A stretch of DNA of 64,000 bases from Guillardia theta CCMP2712. Taxonomy: Eukaryota; Protista; Cryptophyta. The notes below the pieces were generated by a model, which did no database searches, was not told the origin of the DNA, and was given only the letters and a program-made list of their open reading frames with translations. How positions within the stretch are numbered: the stretch's first letter is position 1; the number at the start of each line of letters is the position of its first letter. Both the position numbers and the translations under genes were made by a program. Below are positions 12,069 through 24,425 of the stretch, in pieces. Where the stretch lies: assembly GCF_000315625.1 (NCBI RefSeq), contig NW_005434628.1, positions 305,109 through 369,108 of the forward strand, written 5' to 3'.

Positions 12069-15000
12069 ATGAGCTGCTTCGGAATCGCAGTTCAGGTCGA
12101 GCCAGAGCCAGAGCCAGAGCCCGAAGAAACCTACTCCTCGCTCAAGCTCCGCCTAGAGGAAGCGATCAAGACTAACTCCTCGCTCAAGCTCCGCCTAGAG
12201 GAAGCGATCAAGACTAACTCCAAACTCGAAGCGGCCTTGCACGATGCCATCACGCAGCAAACCCAGCTCACACAACAAGGCCTACAACAAAATATCAGAG
12301 AGATAGCAAAAACTTTGAACCCATCGCCTCAAGCTTCAGACGCACAGCATGCTACCCCAGTATCCCTCCCAGCTCCTCCCCAACATACAACCCTGCCCGC
12401 CAGCAACAGCGGCTGCCAAGCCAGGCAAGCCAGCGGCGAGGAGCTTGATCAGAGAGAGATTGATGAATGCGAAGAGTCTGGCTCGCCGCCAGCAGATCTT
12501 GGGTTCTCGAAAATTTGCTGGCCCATCCAGCAAACGTCCAGCCCACCTCAATGCATTCATATCTCAAGCAGAAGGATTGCAAGTGCGCCCAAGAGGGTGT
12601 ATGAGGCCATGAAGCAGCGAGATGATTGGAAGGACTTGACTTGTCCTGGGATAGTGATATCTCTGACGGGGGGGGTCCGCTCTACCTATCTTCGTATCCG
12701 CCCATCGTTGAATAATTGTTGCAGGCGCTGGAGTTCGAAATAAGCGATCGATCAACCGACTTCATCTTACAAGAATTGATGGACAGCATCAAGAAGCTGA
12801 ACCCCTTGATTGTCACTGGAGGGACGCGCTACGGCATTATGAAGTCGTACTGAGCTTCTCCTGTTAGCTCTGATGGCTGATAGATTTGTCGGAAAAGCTC
12901 GAGCCAAGTATGCAATGAATGTGAACCTGTTGGGTATTGCACCTTCTGCTGTGATCGAGATGCCCAAGGTACTTGCGAGTGAACGCTAGATTTTTCTGGG
13001 CGCTGATGAGTGTAAGATGGTGCAGGAGAACGAGGAGTCAGAAGAAGGACAGGAAACAGACTCTGAACTGGTAGAGACAAGAACCCTTGGATCGTCCGAA
13101 CAGCAGTGCGCTGAAGATGTCACAAACCGAGAACGAGCAGATTTCTCTGATGGGGAAAACAAAGATGGTTTAGGCGCCGAGCCGCCTGGCAATGAAGCAG
13201 TGCAAGAAAAATGTTTGTTGGTGAGCAAGACCTGCGGATGTGTGCCAGAAACGAATGATGAATCATCTTTCAGGATTTGAATCACTCACACTTCATTCTT
13301 GTCGAAAGCTTAAGCGATGAGAGCGTGAGAAAAGAATGGTGCCAGCGTTTTGGAGAGGAAACTAGTTTTAGGGCGGGACTTGAAAGAATCATCTCTGAGA
13401 ATTCCGCTGAGAAAATGATACTCTCGGTTTGTGTACAAGGAGGCTTGGGATCAGGTTCGTAAGGAGCCTGTCTGATGCCTAGAAACTGAAATTTCTCCGC
13501 AGTCAAGACAGTGTTGGATGCCGTTGAACAGGGCACTCCGTGTATGATAGTTGACGGGAGTGGCAGAGCAGCAGATCTGATCAGTGATGCGGTGAAGTTG
13601 TGTTTTCCCATGGGGAGTAAGGGGCGAATGGATAGTGCTTGCTTTGACAGGAGGCAACGAGCTTTATGCGATTATTTTGAAAGCTTGTGTGGAACCAAGT
13701 ATGAAACTGGGCAGTGGACAATCACTTCAAGTGATGATCAGAAGATATCTCGGATATTTGAGCCAGACAGGTCATGGAAAGATTTCTTGGAGATGTACCA
13801 ACTGCCCGAGTCCAGTCCACTGCTCATACATCAATTGTTCACATTAGCCAACAGCGGTAAGTGCTGGATTTTCGAAATCAACGAAGGACATCAAAGTGGA
13901 GACTTCAAAGATGCAATGTTGTATTGTCTTCTGCATGAGGTAGACAATCAGTTGCAGAAAAAAATCGATATTGATCAACAAGAAGCGGCAAAAAACCTTG
14001 AGTTCTCGAAACAGGATGAATTGATAACGCAAGCGTTGCATAAGAAGTTCAATTTAGCCATCAAGTTTCAAAGTCCCCATGTTTTGTCGCAAACGATCGC
14101 AAGTGCGTGGAAAGATGTGACAATGAAGCGATACGTCCATGAAGTAATCGAAGATGAGTTTGTGTTTGCATTTTGCAACTCAACAGCTGCAATGGTTGAG
14201 GTGTTGCTTCAAGAAGTACCTCATCTTGAATTTCTGCGCATTGGTTGGAAAGAGTCAAAGCTTGCCTTTACTAGGGGAAGCGGACTCATGACTTCAAAGG
14301 AATCGAAGGAAGCAAGAAGACGGTTGAGGCTTCTGAATGATTTAATGCCCAAAGTGCAGAAGGAAACGACACACGCTGGACTCCCTAAGAGAGATTTCAG
14401 AAGGTACCAGGATGAGACTAGGTTGTTTGACATTTCAGAGTTTGCAAATGTCCGCAACGAGATCGATCCTGAGATAGAAGAAGTAATTTCTCAGTTGGTC
14501 TTGAAACAAAGGCAGATGAGAAGCAAACTACGCTCGAGGGGTTTTCCCATAGTTCAATACAACTTGGGTGCAGATGGTCCCTTGGCTGACTTGTTCTTGT
14601 CCAGTGTCGTCACACAAAAGTTTGATCTTGCAGACTTGATCTGGAGGCTTTGGATCCCTGATATGGACAAACCTGGAGTTTTTTGGACTGAGCCAATCAA
14701 TTCGATCACTTATGCCCTCATGGTACTGCTCTTTACCCTCTCAGAGCCTTGTCATTCTTGTTTGCAGGCAGTAGGCTACTTGCGAAGGAAGTCATTGCGG
14801 GAGGTCAACACGACAAAGAGGATTTTGATGGAAGAGAAGGCAGATCATCTTGAAAGAAATGCTATTGAGGTTTATCATCATTCAATCAAAAATGATAAAG
14901 CGAAGGAGAGCATTCATGGAATCGAAAATGTGAATACACGCCTGACGTGGATATTCTACGTGATTGATAAGCGTTTGACAGATTTTGAATATCCGAACAA

Positions 15001-17089
15001 GAATTTTGGGTAAGTATACACTCATAGACTTGGCTGCCAATGGCTCGCAAGTCTTTCTCGACGAATGCTGCGAACCAACGATCATAGGGAACCTCTACGG
15101 TGATCTCGATCCCTCGACCCCCGTCTTGTCGGTTTTCCTTGGGGTCCTTCTTCTCGGTCTCCCCGCTATGACCGGGGGCTTTGGGATTCGTTATCGGCCG
15201 AGCACAGGAAGCTTCACGTGCACAACTCATTCACTGCTGGCAAACGTTCTGAAGTCACCTCGCAGATACCGGGAGCTTCGATCCGTGACGCAGCGATTTG
15301 AAAAACTTAAAGAACCGAGCGTGTTTGATCGATGGGGTAAACGTTCACCACTGCAGCCCTGGAAGCGATAACGTGACATCTCCGCTGCAGGCTGTTGCAT
15401 GTTCTCCCCCATTTCCATCTTTGTTTGGAAGGGGATAGAGCGCCTTGCTGCCACGATCTGCTTTACCCTTGTAGTGTATCCAACGTACGAGTTCTCCATC
15501 AAACTACATGAAATTCATATCTTGGAGTGGTTGTTGCTCGGGTGCAACCAAAGATCTTTGTGATGATGAGCGGCTTGACGTTGATTGCTTGCAGACATTA
15601 CATCGCATCTTTCATTCGTGGGAGTCTTGTTCTTATGCAGACGGAGAAAGAGACAAGCATTCCGTCAGGCGTGACTGACAGTAATTTAGACTTTGTTGCT
15701 TGGTATGTTTATGGTGCTTCATCAAAATTCGTATCAAAATTGACGTTGCTTTGCTGCAGGATGTACTCAGACCTCGTAGCTTTTGTGGCTTACGCTGTTG
15801 GTCTTGCTAGGCACGTGCAATGTATACGTCATACCGAAACATGTCGTGAAATTGATTTCACGCAAGACATGTAACCAACACCCGGAACGTTGGTTGTCGA
15901 AATTAATCCTTGTTCTGCAAGGATTGGCTTCTCAACGCCTTTTGTATCTTTTCGTTTCTCCTACTGCGTCTGCCTTTTCTTCTCCTATCTACGTCTTCTT
16001 CAATTTTGTCTTGTCAATCAACAAATCGGTGTTTTGGTAAGGCATCAGTAGATTTCGACACAATCAGATAATGTACACAGATTTGGATTATCTTCAGAAT
16101 AAGCATGATCACCATACAGTTTCTAATCGTGTAGGTCTTTTGACAAACGATTCTTTTGTTGTAATTATTTGTGATTCTGCAGATACTTCATTTTCCTGAT
16201 GGCTCTATCTATCCTATTGCTTGGGGCAACTTTGATCAAGGTAATCGAAACTGCAACAGGATTGAGAGGCAGTTGCTCATTGGTTGTAAGCCCTTACAAG
16301 ACACTTGCCACGTTGATATGGAACAGCTTGACATCTACAACTACGTGACATGCTACAGCACCTGGTGGATCTATCGATCCTTATTGATCGTAATCCTTAA
16401 TGCGAACTGGAAGCAGTTGTGACGGGTCTGCAGTCCTGGGGAGAAGTAAGCATGCAAGAGATTACAAACGGTGTTTTTGTTTTGGCGGTGAACCCCTTGC
16501 GATCTAACAAGCCTTGCACAGACACATCGATTGCAGTTTTTGTTTTAACTTACGTTGTTTTGAACGTCATCCTCATGAACCTGCTGATTGCTCTCATGAC
16601 TGACACTTATCAGGAAAGTCTTGAAAGCAGAAGTTTGTTGTGCCTGATGTACCTTTCAGACCCTCCGTAAGCAATCAAGAAAACAGTGGTTGATAGATAT
16701 CGTGAATATCACCAGGGACAATTCAATGTGAGAGCAGCTGCATAGATTGAACGCAAGGACTTCCAACTGACCAAGATGTCAGGATCGATTGTGACTTTTT
16801 ATTTCCATTCTTCGTGTTGCCATTCTATCTGCTATCGTCTCAAGATTTTTGGCGCAAGAGATATTCCAGCGATTTTCCAATATTGGGAGGCATGCTCAAA
16901 GAATCTGGCAACAAAACTCGTTGGAGGCCTTTCGATCACAGCAGGCCTGACTCGGATGTTGTAAGAATTGTAACTGACGCGAAGGAGAGGAATGAGCTTC
17001 AAAGATTCGTCGCCATCGTGGCTGAGGCAAAACGGCAAGTCAACAAGCAGCTGAGAAGAGAAAAAAAGAAGGAAGAGGCAGCCAACTAA
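12069..17089 (+). CDS. TRPM-family cation channel (MHR/SLOG N-terminus, TM domain, TRP helix), multi-exon
   Basis: PGIVISLTGG, LIVTGGTRYGIMK-FVGKA, LLGIAP, NHSHFILV, FGEETSFRAGLERIIS, VCVQGGLGS-VKTVLDAVEQGTPCMIVDGSGRAADLI, DLFLSSVVTQKFDLADLIW, LAANGSQVFLDECC, S6 VLNVILMNLLIALMTDTYQ, TRP-helix-like SRKQW. Confidence 0.9.
12133..12221 (+). repeat. Perfect 42-bp in-frame tandem duplication (SSLKLRLEEAIKTN x2), preceded by a (GAGCCA)n EP repeat
   Basis: actcctcgctcaagctccgcctagaggaagcgatcaagacta at 12133 and 12175. Confidence 0.95.
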
Positions 17090-17299
17090 AATAAAGAAGA
17101 GACAACGCAATCTCTAGTCCAACCACATGAGCGGCGGCATGCACGAGATGCAGGGGAATAAGGATCAGGACAAGGAGCAGTGGCGCAAGGGTTCTGGATA
17201 TTCAATCCTATCTAACAACCAATAATGCGAGAAAGACGGCAGCCTGCCCCTGGGGATGGGAAGTACCAGGGGATGAAGCAATCTAAAGCAGACTGAGGC

Positions 17300-20200
17300 C
17301 TATGCTGTATGTGGAGGACGACTGCGTTTGTTGGTGGGACGCCTTGCCGAGCGATTTCCATGGGTGCGTGACACTGAAAGTTGCCAGTGAAGCTCTTCAG
17401 CGCTTGGCTCGTCGGAGGAGTAGGTGGGCCATGAGACTGCGATCTTCTTCGTGTTCGATTCGATTATGATCGCCAATCCCAACCTCTTGTAAAGATTGAT
17501 CGCGTTGCATGTTTGTTTGATCGCGTTGGATGTATGTTTAAGGGGAGGGGAGGGGAGAGGAGAGGAGCTAGAATCAGAGATGAGAGAACGTGAGAGGAGG
17601 GGAGTAGAGGATGAATCGGGGGCTTCCTCGTCTCATTCACACGCTGCTGAAAGAAAATGCAATCAAAGAGTAGATAGAGTGTTGACGGCCTTGTTCTCCT
17701 CATCGTGTGCTCGACATGTTCGAGCTCTTTGCTTTCAACCTCGCCAGCATTCCTTGCAGCCAAATCAGACAACATCTGTATGTGTAGCATACGAACCCTT
17801 GATGTCTGACGAGCTCACTTGATCGATGATGTCCGGAGCATTGTTCTTGACTGACATGACAATTTCTATCCGATCTATCGGTTCAGCCTCATCCATTCTC
17901 ATCACGACAAGTTACCTCGTTGTGGAGGAGAAGCGAGCGAGGAGTTGACGTCGGATGTATCGGTGGGCGGCTGGTTTGACTCTGTTTTGTTCGCTTGCCT
18001 ATTCACCCACGTGTGTAAGCAGCGCAAGGGGTAAGGAAGCAGGTTACCTTCTGTGAGAGGTTTCGGACGTGTTGCTGGCGACTGGACTCTTGGATGAGCT
18101 CTGCTGAGGCATCAGGAGTGAAGATGGAGGACGGGGACGAGAAGGAGAGGAAGGAGAAGGAGGGGAAGGAGAGGGAAGGGAAAGGGCAGAGTAGTGGAGC
18201 CGGGAGGGGGCGGGGGGGGGGGTGACTAGGGGAAAGAAGGGAGGAAAATTAAATGCCGAGAAGGTTGTCATGGGGGCGAGTAGTTGACCTGCTCGATGTG
18301 ATCCGTGATGGCATCGTCCTGGAAGAATTCTGTCGAGTGATAGCTCACTGTCGACCTTCCTACTTCCTGCTGCCGTGATAAACGCTGAGAGAGGGAGAGG
18401 GAGAGAGGGAGGGAGGGAGAGAGAGAAGGAGAGAGAGAAGGACAAAAAAGTCAGGCGAATCACAAGATGAGAGTAGATGACGATGAGGAGCTACGTCGAC
18501 ACAAGTGACAGACATGGGGGTTGACCAATGCAGTAGCAGCTCAGGAATCCTCTAGAAAGCGTTACTGACCTCGATCATCTCCTCTATCGCGTTGAACCTC
18601 GTGGAGACTGTGCTGTGGATTGTGAGGACTTGTGAACTGACCTGAGCAGAAGCGTGAGAAAGAGGAGCGGGCTGGTAGTGGGAGGGCAACGGGAAGAGAG
18701 CAGGGAAAGAAGAGGAGGAAGACGAGGCCAAAGGAGGATGAAGAGGGCCTCTACTTTCTCAAGGCTCTGCGCAAGGGCCTCTTGGCTCTCGACTGCGTTG
18801 AGTGATCGCTGCTCAAGCCCTGAGGAGAGAAAGTTGAGCAGGAGGACAGGAACAGTACAGAAGGGCAGACGAACATACGGATGAAGTAAGAGGTGAGATG
18901 AAGTGATGAGAACTAGAACAAGGAATGGAAAGGGATATGAAGACGAGAGAGTAGGGATGGAAAACATCACCGATCTCCATCCGTGCACTGCATTTCTAAG
19001 TGGTGCAAATACAGGATTGAGCACTACCTGAGATCTTCACTGCACTCTCAGAGTAAATCTGTTGAGCTTGACTGTTCCAAGGGGAGTAAGAAGGTTGGGA
19101 GGGGTAGAAGTTTCATACTTGATCATTTGCTCGATCATCTCAGAAGTATTCTTGTAATCTGAGGCAACCACGAGTCAGCGAGCCAGTTGTATGTCTTCTT
19201 GTCCGTTGCCTCGCTCCAGACGATTCAGAAGGGTCTTCTCTACTGACTTGACGGTCTTGATGCTTCTTGTGTGTTGGAGCTGTCAAAGACGATGATGTCA
19301 ATCACGGGAAAAGTCTTGACGAGCTAGTCAAACTACTTTGTTGTCAACATCCAGCGACGAGACCAGGCGATCGACAGGCCTGAGAGCAGCAGCAGCTCTC
19401 ATCGTCTCCATTCTCAACCTCCTGAAGGATCGGATCGACTGGTTCATCCTCACCAGCTGCGGACATGACTCACTCCCAGCTCGGCGAGGCTTTTCTCACC
19501 TCGGCAAGCTGAAGAAACTTCTCCAGCACGGATGGAGCTCGGATCGCGCACGTGCGTTCGAACATGACTCTGCGCTGTTTCATGGATGCGTCCTCTGATG
19601 GGAGCGAGGGGAAAAGTTTTCCGCTGCTGTGACGAAGAAGTTCGGAGTTGTCATGGTGCCTCTGAAACTTCCACCAGCTGGGAGAAAGGTGAGAGCAGCA
19701 GAGGACGATGAGAACAGATGGCAGAGGGTGCGGGTCAAACAAGGACGGGATAATTAAGGTTAGGAATGAGCGGTAGGGAGGAGGGAGAGTCTGAGAATAC
19801 AGATGAAGTGATTACCGGGCAAGCAAGGTCGCGGCTGAAATCTTGAGTTCCTCAAGTTTCACCTGATCACTGATTGTCAACACGGCTGCAGGTAATGCGA
19901 TGGTGATGTTGCCGCTCGATCAATGCAGAGAAGAAGCTGCGTCATGTCGCTTGACATCTTCGAGCTTTGAAAAACATTCAACAGCTGTTTCATCGAGAAA
20001 GTGATCACAAGACCTGTTGAGCAGGGCGATGAACAAGAAGATTGCCCACACAGTTCCCAGCAGAGCAGTTAACACCAACACGATCTGTATATAATCTCGT
20101 CAGCATACAGAAGGATTCGACGTCACAAGGGAGGCAAACCTGTCCAAAGTGAGATTGAGCATACGATTGTTCGTTCAACATCCCAAAGAAAGCAAGTGCC

Positions 20201-21783
20201 ACTGTCCTCACACTGTCCCTGATCGCCTTGACGTTAAACCCTCTTGACGCCAAACCCTTCCCTCCATACCAGAAGAAGTAGAAGTCACTCCCTGTCAGCT
20301 GGGCGTTGACAGGCAGTTCTGCAATCCGAATCGCATCTGAACCCGCCAGGGAAGGTGAGAAACAGCTGGACGTTTTCACTTCTCACATGCGAGGACGAGG
20401 ATCGCGAAGACCATAACGAAGATGACACAGCTGACGGGACGTTTGCCCAGCACCCACTGCACACATACAAGATGTCATCTCATCTGTCAGCAGTGAAATG
20501 CAGTACCCGGCTGACAAACTCGTCGGAAGAAGGGAGAGAAGATTGGAGGCCCATGATCCGGGCAATCTGTACAGATCGAGCAAGCCTGGGTTGGTCCCTT
20601 TCAGTGAGAAAAAGACGTCAAGAGTTCATCGCAAGACCTCATCTCTCTCCAAAACAAATGTTTGATAGATCGGAACACACTGAAGCATCTCTGAATGGAG
20701 TTTTTCAGTTGCGATATCGGTGTTTGGATATAAGAATACCAACAGTCCAAAGAATGCTCCCAGATCATCTGCAATTCAACAAACTTCAGTAGAACATTTC
20801 TTGCTTGCTGATTCTGGCCACCTGCATGATATCTCGACTGCATTCCATCAGGTCGAACGTTCCCATCAATCTGAAGTCTTATCAGAAGGCACTTGGAGAG
20901 TAGAGCGCGGAGATAGCAAGAAAGAAGAAAGGCAGACGAAGTGAGGGCCAAACACGGATAGGGAAGCAGAGCATGCAGCAGAAGAACAGGAGGAGGTTGA
21001 GGCAGATGGGAAGGAGGAAATATGGACACTGGCCAGGGAGCATGGTTAAACCTCGTAGTTTGAGAACGGAGGATTGACAGGCATCAAAATGAATCCTTCA
21101 ACCGCATACCTAAACAAGTGATCAGTTGTAATGGTTCATAACATCATCGAAAGCATCGGTCACCATGAGATAAAGATCGCGACGTCCAAGGTGGGACTGA
21201 ATGTCAGAGGAGCATCATGAACCAACTCCTGCAAGGCTAGGTGAGTACGTCCCCTATCCACCGCGTCCTCCACTTACCTTGATAACCAAATGGCTGCGAA
21301 GATAACGAAGCAGCTGAAAGAAGGCTGCCACTGCAAACAAACATCCGATGCTTCTGAGGACTTCAACGTTGCCCGGGAGCTGCAACCAGCAGTCAAGATT
21401 CCAATCAGGACCAGCAAGATCAAACCAGCTTGCATCGATGGCCTCTTGAGACAGCAACCTTACACTCCTCCGTCTCAAGCTGGGTGACCCCCATATGAAG
21501 CCTGTACTCCCTTGTGGCGATTAGAAAGAAACAGCTTGCCAGACACAAGACAGTGATGGTGTGAGCGAGGTACGAGCAATGCTGTATGGTTTCATTTAGC
21601 TTTCCACCTGCATGATCACCACGCATCTTGAGCTTCAGCTGTGGCTTCACATTCTTCTTCTCCAACTCTTGATCCACAATGTTAGCCTCTGCTGGGCTCT
21701 CCTTGGAAAACCCGAGATACTCTGATTTCTCCGGAGTTTCAAACGTCTCTCCCGGCAGCATGCTGCCTCCTTCCTCTGCCATG
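17300..21783 (-). CDS. Multi-pass membrane protein, TRP/polycystin-like, with coiled-coil C-terminus (highly fragmented; could be two genes)
   Basis: Start MAEEGGS; hydrophobic segments TITVLCLASCFFLIA, IGCLFAVAAFFQLLRYLR, VIFVMVFAILVLA; pore/S6-like SVRTVALAFFGML..GQIVLVLTALLGTVWAIFLFIALLNRS; downstream exons are coiled-coil-like. 3' end uncertain. Confidence 0.5.
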
Positions 21784-21939
21784 GCTGGAGGGAATCTTCG
21801 TTTGAGCTCCACGTGTCAACCTGCTGCTCTTGCGCTTCTCCTCAGCCTATCACCATCAACTTGCTTGCGCATGCCGTTGTAATGCCATGGAAGAGCAATA
21901 ATAAAAAAAGTCAAATGTGCTTAACGGCTGCTCAACCGC

Positions 21940-22120
21940 CGACTCACCTCAGTGAGTCACTCGGTGATCGGACCGAGCGGCGGCCGCTGGCCGGGCCGTG
22001 GGCTACCGTACGGCCGGGTGACAATACTGGGCCCGGCAGCTCAGACTGAGCTGCTGGGCAACTTGTCCGTTGTGATAGTCGCCCGGCAGCTCAGCCTGAC
22101 ATTTCGGCCTTGCCCCGGAG
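21940..22120. promoter_or_regulatory. CGG/CCG-rich quasi-palindromic patch with TGAGTCA/GACTCA motifs
   Basis: gactcacctcagtgagtcactcggtgatcggaccgagcggcggccgctggccgggccg..ccgtacggccggg; gcccggcagctcag occurs twice. Confidence 0.45.
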
Positions 22121-22185
22121 CGTCACTAGAACCTTTGTGTATCTTGAAGTGTAATGCCGCTTACAGTAAACGTCCTTACAATGCA

Positions 22186-22382
22186 AGCCAGGGAGAGGGC
22201 TACCGTACTAGCCTGGCTATCATTTATTTTGATCGTTGTTCCTGACAATGTCACAGCCAACCACAGCGGTCACTTCGATGATCGGACTACGATGATGAAG
22301 CACTGGCTGGCACCGTCTGAGAGCTGATTTGACATAGACCAGGTCCGCCGGGACTCGGTATTATGTCTATGCTGGAACAATC
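22186..22382. ncRNA. Candidate structured non-coding RNA, class unassigned
   Basis: Nested helices: ttgttcc/ggaacaa, cagcca/tggctg, cttc/gaag, atcg/cgat, catagac/gtctatg, gtcc-gccg-ggac; upstream hairpin agccagg/cctggct; ATGATGA and CTGA boxes. Confidence 0.35.
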
Positions 22383-22457
22383 ACTCGTAACTTGACTAGA
22401 CATGCAAGTCATTCGAAGCTCTGTACTTTCTTCACGTCGATTCGGTTGAGAAAGCTT

Positions 22458-23917
22458 TCAGTTTGAATCAGAGCTGCTGGAATCAAGAATCAGGGTCAAG
22501 TATGAAGAAACACGGAAGTTGTGTTCGCCAGCTTCATTGCTCGCTCTGTTTCTTCTTCCAGAAGCCCCAGCGCCGTCTCTCTTCCTGGAGAGCGTCGGCA
22601 AATTTCTGGACCATCGAGTTAGAAATCGCCTTGTCATTCCTGTTGACCTTTGCACCAGTTTCTCCATCGACACTGTTGAAGCGCATCGTTAGCCGTCAAT
22701 AGAAGCACCGCCAATGGACTCGAACCTCATGATCCACACCGATTGCACTTCGTTCTCTGGGAAGCGAACGTTCTTAGGCTTCGTTCCCTCTAGTACCACA
22801 CCAAGTCTGGAGGAACTTTTTGCTTTCAAGTTGGGAGATCCAAGGCTGAGAGATTTCTTGGAGGCGTTGAGAGAAGGACTCTCTTGGCCTTGCTCACCGA
22901 AGAGAGAATCAGGATTCTGCTTCACTCCTGGGCTCGACGAGTTTCGAAGGAAATCCCACACCCTCTTCGGAGTGTCTGGGCTGCTTGGGGTTGGGGGCGG
23001 TGCATCTACACACGAAGCAGAGTTGATCTCTGCTGTGTAGACTGCTTCTTGCAACCTTGAAACAGGTTGAAGATCAGCAGAGAAGCGATGATGTGAAACA
23101 TCTACCTCTTGTCTAGCTCCAAAATCGACTCGTCTGCATCCAATCCCTCAAAAATGAGGTCCCTGGACAATGTTTTTCTTTTTGTGTGCTCGTCACTGCC
23201 TTGACTGATCGATGAATCTCCAGACGGGGGGATGGAGAGCAGCTGGCTATCGAGCAAGCTTCTCCACGAACTGATCCAAGAAAAGTTGAAAGAGGGCATT
23301 TTTTCGAATTCCTTCCTCTCCTTGGAATCATTTTCTGTTGACTTCGGCTGTGGCTCGGCGAGACCGGTGCCTTCTCCCCAGAAAGCAGCCTGTCGAGATG
23401 CCGCCTGAGCTCGTTTGGACTCTCCTAGCTTATCCAGAGCCTCGCTCTTGCGAACCCATGCCTTTGACCCACCAGTGATCTCCAGAAGAAATGAAAATTA
23501 GAATTCTTACCCGGGACCATTTCGGTTTTAATGACACGCTTTTTTCTGCATCTTCAAGCGCTGCTTTGTAGTCTTCAGTCCGAAGATGTGCTGCAGACCT
23601 TGCATGCGAAGTCAAATGTACTTGAATGAAATGTGAAAATCAGCGAGATCAAACCGACCTGTTCGCATAGAGGACTGCGAGTTTTGAATCAGAGAGACAT
23701 TGACTACCGGCATTTATCGCAGTGGAATAATGTGTGATCGCTTCGGCGAAGAGCTCTTGATGCCTGGAATGACATTCAGAGAAGCATGTGCGTGAGGAAT
23801 AAGGCATTACAGTGACAGGTCCCCCTGGTTCTTTGACCATTTGATTAACCTTCTGAGCGGCTTACCAGCTTTCTTCGATCGGGTTTGAAGTTTCCGGGAT
23901 TTGTTTGCCTCTGCCAT
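22458..23917 (-). CDS. TPR-domain protein (STI1-type TPRs plus disordered C-terminus), multi-exon
   Basis: ELFAEAITHYSTAI..LAVLYANRS-AAHLRTEDYKAALEDAEKSVSLKPKWSR-AWVRKSEALDKLG. Confidence 0.85.
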
Positions 23918-24224
23918 GCCGCTAACGTTCTCTTTCTGCCTCTCGGTAATGGTCAGTGACCTTGTATTCACTTAAGCAAAAACCAGCACTCACCATCGTC
24001 TTTCATTTACTTTCATTTCCAAGTGCAGATGCATCTTAGTTAAAAATTCTCAACATTCTCAAAATCCTTCAATTCGGCATTGATCTCAGCTTGACATCTA
24101 TCATGTTGTCCGCACATACATCACAGTAGCAAGCCCTCCCTCAAGCCTCATGTCAGCATCGATGCATCGCAGTATTAGTTAGACAAGGAAAAAACCTACT
24201 AGGCTAGTCAAACTTATTCAAGTT

Positions 24225-24300
24225 GCCGCAGCGACCCCGAGCCGGGCCCCGGTCGTCGGCGGCCCAGGTGACCGACCGTACTCACAGAGTCATGCAGGAC
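24225..24300. promoter_or_regulatory. CGG/CCG-rich patch upstream of the TPR gene
   Basis: gccgcagcgaccccgagccgggccccggtcgtcggcggcccaggtgaccgaccgtactcacagagtca. Confidence 0.35.
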
Positions 24301-24425
24301 ATATTGCTCACGTTGCCTTCGTCATCCTGACGGTTTGAGTAAAGGGCCTGACGGTTGTTCTCACCTCTGTGACTACTGGCCTCTGATCCACAATCCATGA
24401 AGCTGCTCAGACCTCTCTGGCAGAT

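Noticed and set aside
22260-22356. TPP riboswitch or U3 snoRNA identity for the candidate RNA
   Set aside because: CTGAGA and TTTGA are present but the ACCTGA..TAATGCC..GCG.AGG half is missing. For U3, spacing is too short and box B and the C'/D terminal stem do not form.
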